Shown here piece after piece: positions 55,445 through 63,884 of a DNA stretch of 64,000 nucleotides. The stretch comes from a virus. The notes beneath the pieces are model-generated. The model was not told the DNA's origin. It saw only the letters and a program-made list of their open reading frames with translations, and did not search any database. The DNA is taken from positions 1 to 64,000 of IMG/VR virus record IMGVR_UViG_3300022925_000008; one strand, 5' to 3'. Made by a program: the position numbers and the translations under genes. Every line of letters starts with the position of its first letter. Position 1 is the first letter of the stretch.

Positions 55445-55461
55445 GAGTCTGTACTCCCTAT

Positions 55462-55920
55462 CTAGTCAGCGAGAGGGTTGTTCAGCACATTTTGGATCTT
55501 ATCATTTAAGCGTTTTTCAACGGCAGTAATTTTAATCTCCGTGTCTGTCTGTAAACTTTCTCTACGATTGTCAAAACGTTCAGTCGCATTGTCAATCATA
55601 TCTCTGACTTTATCTTCCATATTCCGATTCTGGTCTTCGATTCGATCCACATTTTTCTCCATCCGATTGAAGTCATCTCTCAGATCGTTCTTAATGCTTC
55701 TTGAGTAATCTATCGCTTCATCTAGTTTTGTTTCGATGACATCGTTTCGTGCTGCTATAGCGTCTGTATCGATATTCTGGATTATCTCCTTCATATCCAT
55801 ATAGTCTTTATAGAACTCGAACGCACCCCAAGTTGCACCACCCAATGTGGACAATGCTGTGAGCAAGACCATCATCTTGCCACCCTTGAATGTCATTCCT
55901 CCAAATTCGACTTCTGCCAT
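55462..55920 (-). CDS. Membrane-anchored coiled-coil protein (cassette gene 6)
   Basis: N-terminal TM followed by about 110 aa of heptads; ends NNPLAD. Confidence 0.75.
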   Translation of the reverse strand: MAEVEFGGMTFKGGKMMVLLTALSTLGGATWGAFEFYKDYMDMKEIIQNIDTDAIAARNDVIETKLDEAIDYSRSIKNDLRDDFNRMEKNVDRIEDQNRNMEDKVRDMIDNATERFDNRRESLQTDTEIKITAVEKRLNDKIQNVLNNPLAD

Positions 55921-55923
55921 TTG

Positions 55924-56376
55924 TTACTCCTCATCGTCAGCAAACCGCAAATTGCGTAGCTGAGCGACCTCTGCTTGTAGTCTTTGTATCTCTAGTCTTC
56001 TTCTTTCTAGTTCCAGCTTATAGAGAGTGTTACAGTTCAGACGCTCTTTGGGTTTATCAAGCGGAATGGTTAATTTCGCATAAACCCCAACATCCTTGAC
56101 CAATCCATCAGAATCATATCCTGGCGGGTCTTCATAACCTCCTCCGTAGAGGCTGTTATATGGTCCGTTCTGGTTTATAATGCCGACAACGCCAAACTCA
56201 ACGGTGGTAGCACCACCGATAGCGTTCGCACATTCTAATTGACCAGCACGAATCCTGTCTTGTGCGTATGATCCAGACGTATTAGGTAATGCCAAGTTCA
56301 AAGAACTCGACTCCGCTAATGCTTGTTCACACGCAACTATCAATAACACCAATACTAATATTCTCATAAGTTTCAT
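55924..56376 (-). CDS. Secreted protein with beta-hairpin and coiled-coil tail (cassette gene 5)
   Basis: Signal peptide (ALA|ES), two mature Cys, TVEFGVVG and VGVYAKLTIPL strands; ATGA overlap with the upstream gene. Confidence 0.75.
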   Translation of the reverse strand: MKLMRILVLVLLIVACEQALAESSSLNLALPNTSGSYAQDRIRAGQLECANAIGGATTVEFGVVGIINQNGPYNSLYGGGYEDPPGYDSDGLVKDVGVYAKLTIPLDKPKERLNCNTLYKLELERRRLEIQRLQAEVAQLRNLRFADDEE

Positions 56377-56753
56377 TTCACTTTCGAGCAAATCCTCGAA
56401 TTCAATATTGATTTCGTAGATCCGTCTTGAAGAGTGAGAGACTTAGTGCAAATATAAGTTACTCTATCTCTGTTACTCTTCTGAATATAGACATCAAATC
56501 TCTTTGTATCAAGATACTCTACATTAATTACATTCCCGCCCGTAACAATGAATGGAATTTTATTCCAATCGTTGTCATAGACGCCTACTCTATAAAAACG
56601 AATATCCTCACGTTTATTGAAGAGTTTCATACTTGCTTTTACTACACCATCCGTATAAGCGGTTTCCAACTTAGGATATGTGGGAGTAAAATCGTGGGCA
56701 AGCGAGGCTTGCCCACTTAGTAATGTAACCAACAATAACATGATCTGTTTCAT
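56373..56753 (-). CDS. Secreted Ig-like protein, putative pilus-chaperone-like (cassette gene 4)
   Basis: Signal peptide (SLA|HD), MKLFNKREDIRFYRVGV strand pattern, ICT..ICS Cys pair. Confidence 0.65.
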   Translation of the reverse strand: MKQIMLLLVTLLSGQASLAHDFTPTYPKLETAYTDGVVKASMKLFNKREDIRFYRVGVYDNDWNKIPFIVTGGNVINVEYLDTKRFDVYIQKSNRDRVTYICTKSLTLQDGSTKSILNSRICSKVK

Positions 56754-56764
56754 ATGATTTTCCC

Positions 56765-57268
56765 TTAAATAGCGATACACTCGGCAGTTACTACTGCTTG
56801 GTATTGACCTCCAGGAAATGCCTTTCCGTATCCATAGTCTGCTTCTGATTCTACTTTAAACCACGTAGATCCAGCAATAGACAAGTCTACTTCAGTAACG
56901 TTATCATACTCTACTTTACTCGTATCATAGGCAGACATCCCAGCGTCTGATACTTGATCAACTGATGTAGCACCAGTCCAAGTTACAGTGTCGCTAAGAG
57001 CAGGAGACTCGGTAAAGGAAGTAGGGTGAGAAATCTTTGCCATATAATAATCAGCTTGGATTACATCAAACCGTACAACCGGATGCACACCGCCTGATGC
57101 CGTTGCCGTAGACAACGATTCAGGGGTTGAGTTACCGTAAACTCCAGCAGTGTCTTGCGTTACGATACACTTAGATTCCACAGTACCACTAATGGGAATC
57201 TCTTCCGCAAACGCACTAGCACAAAAGGTCAACAATACCGCCAATGATGAAAGTGTTTTATTGAACAT
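56765..57268 (-). CDS. Secreted pilin/fimbrial-subunit-like protein (cassette gene 3)
   Basis: Signal peptide (AFA|EE), IPISGTVESKC first strand and FPGGQYQAVVTAEC last strand. Confidence 0.65.
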   Translation of the reverse strand: MFNKTLSSLAVLLTFCASAFAEEIPISGTVESKCIVTQDTAGVYGNSTPESLSTATASGGVHPVVRFDVIQADYYMAKISHPTSFTESPALSDTVTWTGATSVDQVSDAGMSAYDTSKVEYDNVTEVDLSIAGSTWFKVESEADYGYGKAFPGGQYQAVVTAECIAI

Positions 57269-57293
57269 TATTATGTTCTCCCTTTTTGTTTGT

Positions 57294-58184
57294 TTACTTT
57301 CCATACTGTAGTCGGACCATCTCTGCGTGTCGGAGTTCCGACGCGAAAGACTGTCTCAATCCTCGTGTGTTCTTCGGCAATTCCTTTCCGGTGGGTAAAG
57401 ACCCGCCAGCAAGTTCGCCGCCGAACAGTTGAGTCTGGTAAGATATTGGCAGTGCCTTTAATGCCATTATCTGCGAATGAATAAGTTCTTGCTCTTGAGA
57501 CATCGTGTTTTCAATCACCATGCCCAGTAATTGTTCCAATCTTTCATCTACTTCTTCTAATGCTTCTTTTGCCTTTGCTCTCGCCTTTTCCTTTTCGTCT
57601 TCATCTTGTGCTTTCATATTTGCTTTACGATCTAATTCATTCTGCACTAAATCGTCTTCAAGTGGATCATAAACGTCCACTTCATTTAACTCTATCACAA
57701 ACGGATCTTGATAGCCTGGACACTGAGGGTTTGACTGAGGATCAAAACAAGGGTCAAACTTATAAGAATAGAATACTTCGGGGTCCTTTACTGTCCCGAA
57801 ACCTTCCACTTCTATAGATCCTCTACCCCAATACGATATGTCTAAAAAATCTACAGGAACTGCCTTACTGATAGAATTCCCAGGTATACCAGACCAATCG
57901 TCGGATGATCTAAAAATATATCCAGCACCACGTGCGTTCTCATTCTGCACGTGTACGATCATAGGATCTTCTGCATTCTTCTCAGTCGTATAACGATACA
58001 CAACGCCACTGACTTGTAGTCCTGCCTGTTGAGGCAGCACATTAGTCATCACCCAATTCAAACCGAACTGAGCAGCGTTGTTGGTTGTACCGAATTTAGT
58101 GCTTGTGTCAAATTCTTCAGATAAGGAGTAGCAAGAGTAACCCAGCAACACCAGCACCGCCAAGCAGTGTTTTAGTACCTTCAT
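57294..58184 (-). CDS. Secreted multi-domain protein (cassette gene 2)
   Basis: Signal peptide, beta-rich N-domain, CFDPQSNPQC, acidic coiled coil, HAEMVRLQY tail. Confidence 0.72.
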   Translation of the reverse strand: MKVLKHCLAVLVLLGYSCYSLSEEFDTSTKFGTTNNAAQFGLNWVMTNVLPQQAGLQVSGVVYRYTTEKNAEDPMIVHVQNENARGAGYIFRSSDDWSGIPGNSISKAVPVDFLDISYWGRGSIEVEGFGTVKDPEVFYSYKFDPCFDPQSNPQCPGYQDPFVIELNEVDVYDPLEDDLVQNELDRKANMKAQDEDEKEKARAKAKEALEEVDERLEQLLGMVIENTMSQEQELIHSQIMALKALPISYQTQLFGGELAGGSLPTGKELPKNTRGLRQSFASELRHAEMVRLQYGK

Positions 58185-58680
58185 TCATCCCTTCCTTTTC
58201 TTTAACTCCTGGTTGAGACTCTTCATCGGTAACCCATGCTGCTTTTGCTTGATCACCAATAAGTCCATCATATGGACATGGTGTTCCTGCCATCATCATC
58301 GCGTCAAAGACTCGTTTGTCTTGACACATAGTAGAAACTGCCGCAACCTTCATACCCATATCATACAAGGTTTTGGACAGTTTGAGTCGTTCGCAGTTCT
58401 CATCGGTAACTTGCGTTCCCGTTGAGATACCTAGAATTTGTGTTTGTATTGCTCCTGCCACACCAAACGTACACAAGTCTGAATTAGACGTGTTGATAGT
58501 CGGCGTGATAGCAGATGCTGGGGGAGACTTCAACGTTGTAGTTGAGGTCGAGTTTGTATTCACATTACTGTCTGTGATAGATTCAGTTCTTATTGTGTCA
58601 TCAGGCAGAGTCGCTTCTTCACCATATGTCACACTCGCACAGAAAGCCATAACAAAGAATAGTAAGTATCGCATCACCAT
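58117..58680 (-). CDS. Secreted Cys-rich protein with C-terminal membrane anchor (cassette gene 1)
   Basis: Signal peptide, Thr/Ser linker, four mature Cys, C-terminal GGAGVAGLLLLLI. Confidence 0.75.
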   Translation of the reverse strand: MVMRYLLFFVMAFCASVTYGEEATLPDDTIRTESITDSNVNTNSTSTTTLKSPPASAITPTINTSNSDLCTFGVAGAIQTQILGISTGTQVTDENCERLKLSKTLYDMGMKVAAVSTMCQDKRVFDAMMMAGTPCPYDGLIGDQAKAAWVTDEESQPGVKEKEGMNEGTKTLLGGAGVAGLLLLLLI

Positions 58681-58702
58681 ATCCTAGTTATAATATCAGT
58701 GT

Positions 58703-58710
58703 TATTTATA
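58703..58710 (-). promoter_or_regulatory. T4 late promoter TATAAATA driving the secreted-protein cassette
   Basis: Exact consensus 23 nt upstream of ATG 58680. Confidence 0.85.
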
Positions 58711-58735
58711 AGAATTAGAGTCTAAATAGAAAACT

Positions 58736-58951
58736 TTAGGATCGACTGTCCCAATAAGATTTGCTTATTTCGCCTCGATTGGCGTCGGGGGCATCTCCCA
58801 CTCTTCGAACACGAGTGTAAACCGCGTTGGGACCACGAGTACGAACCCCAGCTGTTTGCTTCTCCCAAAGAGCAGTTTGTTTGCCACCAGGATCAGGAGG
58901 ATTATTGTCATATTCCCAAGTGGGATTATTTGGAATAGGTAACCAAGCCAT
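58736..58951 (-). CDS. Small hypothetical protein
   Basis: 71 aa; TAATG-coupled to the upstream gene. Confidence 0.6.
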   Translation of the reverse strand: MAWLPIPNNPTWEYDNNPPDPGGKQTALWEKQTAGVRTRGPNAVYTRVRRVGDAPDANRGEISKSYWDSRS

Positions 58952-60522
58952 TAGTCTTCAACCCATGTTAATGCTAAAGCCACTCTACTAATTGCCTGAG
59001 ATGAGAATACCACCGCAGAAATATTGTGATTGGGGGGAACTGCTATTCTAAGATCCGTTAGATCTACGCTACTGTTACCTCCTCCTGGAACATCTACAAC
59101 ATAAACAGGAAGATTATTACCTAATGTTACCGAACCAGTAGTAGTTGAATAATAAACAGAAGAGAATTCATCAGATTGTGTGGTGTACTCAAGATCAGGT
59201 AATGCATCAAAATCATAAAAGAGAATAACTGTTACTGGCGCTGATGAAGTTGTAGTAAATGAAGCATTAATGTTCTTGAGCAGAACTTCTCGAGTGTTGA
59301 TTTTTCCACCATATACCAGACGATTGTGAACAGTCAGTGCATGATGATAAGTATTATTTGATAAATTACCAGCAGGGTTATAAGAAATATTGGCTGCGAC
59401 AGGAAGTTTTGTATTTTGTATCAATCCTTCAATCCCACCCATCATTGACGCACCTTCAACAACAACGTTGGTTCCGCTACCGCCTAGACTAGCAGCAACG
59501 TATCCGATTTTCAAAGAAGGATTATCAATATGTACATCAATATTTTGATTAGAGTAATGAATATGATGAAAGAAAATCATATCACCGTTTATGGGATTCT
59601 CAATAGCAAATCTCAACTCACCCGCGCCTAACCAACGAAAATTAATTTGAAAGATGTTCAATTTAGTGGGATCAATAACGACAGTGGAAGCACCATTCCC
59701 ATCCAACGTATCAATATTGAAACTCTGTTGAGGAATCCAAGTGTCAGTATGAGCAACGCCTGCTTGCGGATTTGTTACAGTAGCAGTTACGCCTGTTGCG
59801 CCCGTGTCTGTAAAATTAAATGCACCTGCTTTAGGACCAACTGCAGTTGCCAAAAAACAAACTTTAGTACCAGAGTACTCTACAATCCAATTAGAATTTC
59901 CAGCAAAAGCATCAGCGATTTTACGTGCCACAGTAGCAATAGTATCCGCAGCTGTAATTGCTACAACAGTGTCTACACCATCTAATGTAATTGTAATGTT
60001 TCCTGTTCCAATGGCTGCAGCAGTGATAGTGAAATTGGAGATGTATGCTTTACCACCGTTCTGTAAAAGAACTCCGAACTGCTCTCCATCGTATCCTACT
60101 TGTAATGCTTGTTCTTGCGCGAAGAATCCCGCACGTTGAGTATATCCAGCAACGCCAGGAGAGAACTTGGCAGTGAATCGTGAGACAGCGCCTTGGCCAG
60201 GACGATAACGAACAGCACGAGCAGAACGAATAACACCGTACCCACCAATAGATGTTCCTGTAGAACATTGCATTAACGTATTAGTGGTTGTGGCAGCACC
60301 ACCTGTAGCAGTAAATGTTTCAAACTGCCTTGGATCTAATCCGTACAATCCATCTAGTTGTAATACAGGAGTGATGGGAATAGCAATTGCTTCCCCAAAC
60401 GCAGAATTAGACGTAGCACCAGGAGTGATAATATTTCCATATTGATCTGCCTGCATCTGGACTTCATATAAGGCATTGTTGTTCCTTAATAAAGTCTGTT
60501 TATTTACGTCTAATTGTGCCAT
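58951..60522 (-). CDS. Putative virion structural / fibre-like beta-rich protein
   Basis: YRPGQG..RFTA, DTLDGNG..IDPTKLNIFQINFRWLGAG motifs; Thr/Gly/Ala-rich insert. Confidence 0.6.
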   Translation of the reverse strand: MAQLDVNKQTLLRNNNALYEVQMQADQYGNIITPGATSNSAFGEAIAIPITPVLQLDGLYGLDPRQFETFTATGGAATTTNTLMQCSTGTSIGGYGVIRSARAVRYRPGQGAVSRFTAKFSPGVAGYTQRAGFFAQEQALQVGYDGEQFGVLLQNGGKAYISNFTITAAAIGTGNITITLDGVDTVVAITAADTIATVARKIADAFAGNSNWIVEYSGTKVCFLATAVGPKAGAFNFTDTGATGVTATVTNPQAGVAHTDTWIPQQSFNIDTLDGNGASTVVIDPTKLNIFQINFRWLGAGELRFAIENPINGDMIFFHHIHYSNQNIDVHIDNPSLKIGYVAASLGGSGTNVVVEGASMMGGIEGLIQNTKLPVAANISYNPAGNLSNNTYHHALTVHNRLVYGGKINTREVLLKNINASFTTTSSAPVTVILFYDFDALPDLEYTTQSDEFSSVYYSTTTGSVTLGNNLPVYVVDVPGGGNSSVDLTDLRIAVPPNHNISAVVFSSQAISRVALALTWVED

Positions 60523-60863
60523 TAATCTTTCTTCCTACTCCCGACAGCGTCCGCTGCAAAGAAGGCAGAGACAAGTACGGCGATTGATGCAAAATATGTT
60601 GGAGCAATGTCAGCAATTAATTTTGCTGCTTGGTCCAACCCAAACATATCAGTAAGGAAAATTCCAAACGGATATAACAATAACCCGACCAACGAGAACC
60701 ACGCCATCTTACGAATGGCATCGCGTTGTGCGTCTTGATCTTCAAGCTCTTTTCTTTTAAACTCAAGGTTCATATGTGCTTCCAACTCTTCCATAGAGAT
60801 GTGTCCATCTCCATTAGTGTCGGCAGCTTCTAACGCTTCATCAACTGTTTTCTTTGTCGCCAT
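60522..60863 (-). CDS. EF-hand-containing two-TM membrane protein (holin candidate)
   Basis: Start MATKK; canonical loop DTNGDGHISMEE, then two hydrophobic helices and a basic C-terminus. Confidence 0.7.
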   Translation of the reverse strand: MATKKTVDEALEAADTNGDGHISMEELEAHMNLEFKRKELEDQDAQRDAIRKMAWFSLVGLLLYPFGIFLTDMFGLDQAAKLIADIAPTYFASIAVLVSAFFAADAVGSRKKD

Positions 60864-60954
60864 CTTCTTGCTCTCCTTCCGTTTCATCTGTATAATGATT
60901 TTTCCAATCATGATGAAGGGGAGCGACCTTAGTAACGGGTGCTTCAAATAACAT
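60841..60954 (-). CDS. Possible small acidic peptide (37 aa)
   Basis: Fills the intergenic gap; no motif recognised. Confidence 0.3.
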   Translation of the reverse strand: MLFEAPVTKVAPLHHDWKNHYTDETEGEQEDGDKENS

Positions 60955-60974
60955 TGTTAATTCGTTTTCTTTAC

Positions 60975-62057
60975 TCATTTTGTTGGTTTCGTTACCTGAC
61001 CTTTAACTGGATCAATGATTTTGGTATCGCCTTTGCTAGAAGTAGTAACTGATGCTTGTTTCTTGACAGCACGCCCAGCTTTGACAACATCATCATGACC
61101 TTCTTCGTCATCAGCAGCAACTTCTGGACTGTCCATATCGGCGTCTTTGGCCATATCCTTAGCACCTTTACCTTTAAGTTTGTCCTTCATTTCTTCATCA
61201 GAAGCAGAAGAGGGTACATGCTTATCTTTAGGAGCAGCTGCTTCCCACATTTTTGCAAGTGCCGCTTTGGTGCCTTGAACAAAGTTTGCATATTTTGCTA
61301 CAACCTCTTCTTCAAACTCAGCAACTGTGCCTTCTTGAACGGACTCTACTCTTTTAGTTTTGCGTTCCCACTCACTATGGGGTTTTCCAGATTGTTCGCC
61401 AGACTTTTTAAGAACCCATCCTGGACCCTTGGGTCTTTGACCATTTGGAAGTTTGCTGCGTTGTGTTTCTAACTTTTCTTCAAGTTCGTCTTCTTCGTTT
61501 GCTTTCTTCAGTGCTTTCTGTACACGAGGATTGTCGCTCATGCCTTTCTTAGACTTTTCAATCTTCTTGACAGCACCAGTCATGTCACCACCCATACGCT
61601 TGGCAGTTTTGATAGCAGATGACACGCCTTCAAGTTGTTCGGCAGGAACATTAAACTCTACACCGTGAGCAAACAGTACATCAACACCTTCGTCGGACTC
61701 AGCAATGATCTCGCCGTGCCCATGTTCTGTGTGTCGAACCGAAACGCTTTCTTTAGTACTTTGCTTTTCTTCGCCCTTGTACTTAGAACATTCTTCGTCG
61801 TGATTCTCAGTGGACCCGCCACATTCAGAACATTTTTTCATGCCCTTGGAATCCATTTTAATATCATCTTCATCTTCTTCTTTCATCGCTTTCTTAATTT
61901 CTTTGCGGCGATTATGAAGATACTCATCTGACTTATCAACGTCTCCGTCGTTGTCAATGTCTGCATCTGCTTTACCGACAGGATCTAATTTCTTTTTCTC
62001 ATTCACCACTACTTCCTGCCAAGCAGTGGTGATTTTGTCTACGATTTTCTTATCCAT
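60975..62057 (-). CDS. Highly charged modular late protein (candidate prohead core / internal protein)
   Basis: KKLDPVGKADADIDNDGDVDKSDEYLHNRRK module; modules separated by xxE sites. Confidence 0.65.
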   Translation of the reverse strand: MDKKIVDKITTAWQEVVVNEKKKLDPVGKADADIDNDGDVDKSDEYLHNRRKEIKKAMKEEDEDDIKMDSKGMKKCSECGGSTENHDEECSKYKGEEKQSTKESVSVRHTEHGHGEIIAESDEGVDVLFAHGVEFNVPAEQLEGVSSAIKTAKRMGGDMTGAVKKIEKSKKGMSDNPRVQKALKKANEEDELEEKLETQRSKLPNGQRPKGPGWVLKKSGEQSGKPHSEWERKTKRVESVQEGTVAEFEEEVVAKYANFVQGTKAALAKMWEAAAPKDKHVPSSASDEEMKDKLKGKGAKDMAKDADMDSPEVAADDEEGHDDVVKAGRAVKKQASVTTSSKGDTKIIDPVKGQVTKPTK

Positions 62058-62069
62058 TGTTCCTGTCCT

Positions 62070-62345
62070 TTATAACATTTCTTGAAAATGTGTTATCAAT
62101 GCTGTAATAATGCCAGCACCAATTACCCACATTATTTTTGTCATTACATTCATGCGTTCTCGCATGGATACGACTTCGGTCTCTATCGTGTCCATTTTCT
62201 GAGACATACGATTGAGACGTTCATGAGACTCAGAGCGCCTTATTTCTAAGTCAGCAATCTTTTCCTCTACTCTTGCCATACCTACAATTACGTCTGCAAG
62301 TTTGTCGAGTTTTTCTTCGATTCTTTTTAATCTGTCTTCGGTCAT
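62070..62345 (-). CDS. Coiled-coil protein with C-terminal TM (XhlA-like)
   Basis: RLKRIEEKLDKL heptads; terminal TM MWVIGAGIITALI. Confidence 0.7.
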   Translation of the reverse strand: MTEDRLKRIEEKLDKLADVIVGMARVEEKIADLEIRRSESHERLNRMSQKMDTIETEVVSMRERMNVMTKIMWVIGAGIITALITHFQEML

Positions 62346-62371
62346 TTATACCCATCCTACCAATTAATAGA

Positions 62372-62638
62372 CTACCAAGCCTTACAACTCCAGTATCTTG
62401 GTGTGGTTTTATCCTTAGCAGTGTCACATTTGTGGCGTGCTCTAAAAGATTTTCGACGAGCAGGAATATTTTTCTTGATCGTCATGTTTTTATCACCAAA
62501 ATTAACCTTTTGTGCTTTACCGTCACCATCAGGATCTACGAAGACCTTAGACTTTTTCACATCTCCTCTCATCGGTTTATTGAGAGGAACTTTCTTCCCT
62601 TGATAGGTTGCTTCATCGAAATTCTTAAACCTAATCAT
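62372..62638 (-). CDS. Small basic protein with CTS-like N-terminus
   Basis: MIRFKNFDE start; KVNFGD..RRKSFRARHKC..RYWSCKAW module. Confidence 0.78.
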   Translation of the reverse strand: MIRFKNFDEATYQGKKVPLNKPMRGDVKKSKVFVDPDGDGKAQKVNFGDKNMTIKKNIPARRKSFRARHKCDTAKDKTTPRYWSCKAW

Positions 62639-63870
62639 TTGTACGTCTTTCTAAAATGATTGGCAGCAGCAGTCACACCTTCATGTCCTTTATCTCGGAT
62701 CAAATCCATAACTGCCTTTTTCTTATCTAACGGTAATCTTTTATGTAAATCAACAGCGTGTTGCAAATCTTTATGTGCCATCTCTTTAGACTTACCATTA
62801 ATCTTAACTTTAACTTTTCTGCCGCCAAGACTAGGATGACTGGCATCTGCTGCTTTCGCTAACGTTTTATGAACGTCATCGTGCTTATCGTTCTTGTTAA
62901 TCTCAAAACTTAATGGCTTGGCGCTCTTTTGCTGATCTGCAGTCCAATCTCCTTCAGAAGATTTAGTACCTTTTGCAGGACCACGACGAGCACCACGCTT
63001 TGCTTGATTTGCTGCTTTACGTTTTGCAATTTCTGCTCGTTGCTTATCGGTCAATTCAGATATAAAGGTAGTAAAGGTTTTAAGATTAACAGATTCTTCA
63101 TTAGCATTCTTCATCATGTTTCTCAAACGAGCAAGTTTGTCTAACTCAGAAGGTTTGATTTTTGCTTTCTTTTCCTTATCTCTAATACGATCTAATGATT
63201 TGCCATATTCTTTTGATGATTCTTCTTTCTTAACTGGTTGCTGTTTTGCTTTTTGCCTTTGTAATTGTTTCAACCGAGCAAGTTTCTTATCCGTTTCATA
63301 TTCATGAGACAATTCTTTGTATTTGGCATCTCTTCTGCTTGGGGTGCTTTGAGCACTACCGGCCGTTGAATATGCTTTAAATGGAGATCTATGACCACCG
63401 CCGCCGGATCTCCATCCTTCACTAACATTCTTGCCTCTACCGTGTTTAACGAGATACTTGCCGGATGGATCTTTATGAACAACGCCATTATGCGTCTTGG
63501 CGTGACTATATGCAGTGTCTTTGTCGAACGTTCCCGCGTTACGATAGTCGCGGCCCTTTTCGCCTTTGGCGCCAATGTATCCTTCTTTCTGTGCAGGCAA
63601 ACCTTTATGCTTGGTTGCCGCGAAGTCTTTAACGTCTTTCTTGCTCATAGATGCTGCTGCCTTTTTTGCTTCCGGTGAAGCATTGTCTATTTCACCCTTT
63701 TGTAAACCACGGACAATACCAAAGAATTTTTGCTGTGCTTTTGATACAGATTTTTCGTCTATCTTAACAATCTTTCGATCGACAGATACCATGCGCACTC
63801 TTCTTCTACCCTTATCGTCAGTATAGACTTCGGGTTTTCTGTCTGCAGATTTAACGTTTTCTTTCTTCAT
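62635..63870 (-). CDS. Basic modular late protein with DUF3008-like module (candidate internal polyprotein)
   Basis: SKAQQKFFG..SMSKKDVKDFAATKHKGLP module; internal LKTFTTFISE. Confidence 0.7.
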   Translation of the reverse strand: MKKENVKSADRKPEVYTDDKGRRRVRMVSVDRKIVKIDEKSVSKAQQKFFGIVRGLQKGEIDNASPEAKKAAASMSKKDVKDFAATKHKGLPAQKEGYIGAKGEKGRDYRNAGTFDKDTAYSHAKTHNGVVHKDPSGKYLVKHGRGKNVSEGWRSGGGGHRSPFKAYSTAGSAQSTPSRRDAKYKELSHEYETDKKLARLKQLQRQKAKQQPVKKEESSKEYGKSLDRIRDKEKKAKIKPSELDKLARLRNMMKNANEESVNLKTFTTFISELTDKQRAEIAKRKAANQAKRGARRGPAKGTKSSEGDWTADQQKSAKPLSFEINKNDKHDDVHKTLAKAADASHPSLGGRKVKVKINGKSKEMAHKDLQHAVDLHKRLPLDKKKAVMDLIRDKGHEGVTAAANHFRKTYK

Positions 63871-63876
63871 AGACTT

Positions 63877-63884
63877 TATTTATA
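63877..63884 (-). promoter_or_regulatory. T4 late promoter TATAAATA
   Basis: Exact consensus just upstream of ATG 63870 (very short leader). Confidence 0.7.

Noticed and set aside
20-63826. Numerous plus-strand and nested ORFs in the track (e.g. 20..367, 6957..7307, 21716..22105, 26929..27468 on the minus strand, 48774..49175)
   Set aside because: They are antisense or off-frame shadows of well-supported genes, with no RBS or motifs.
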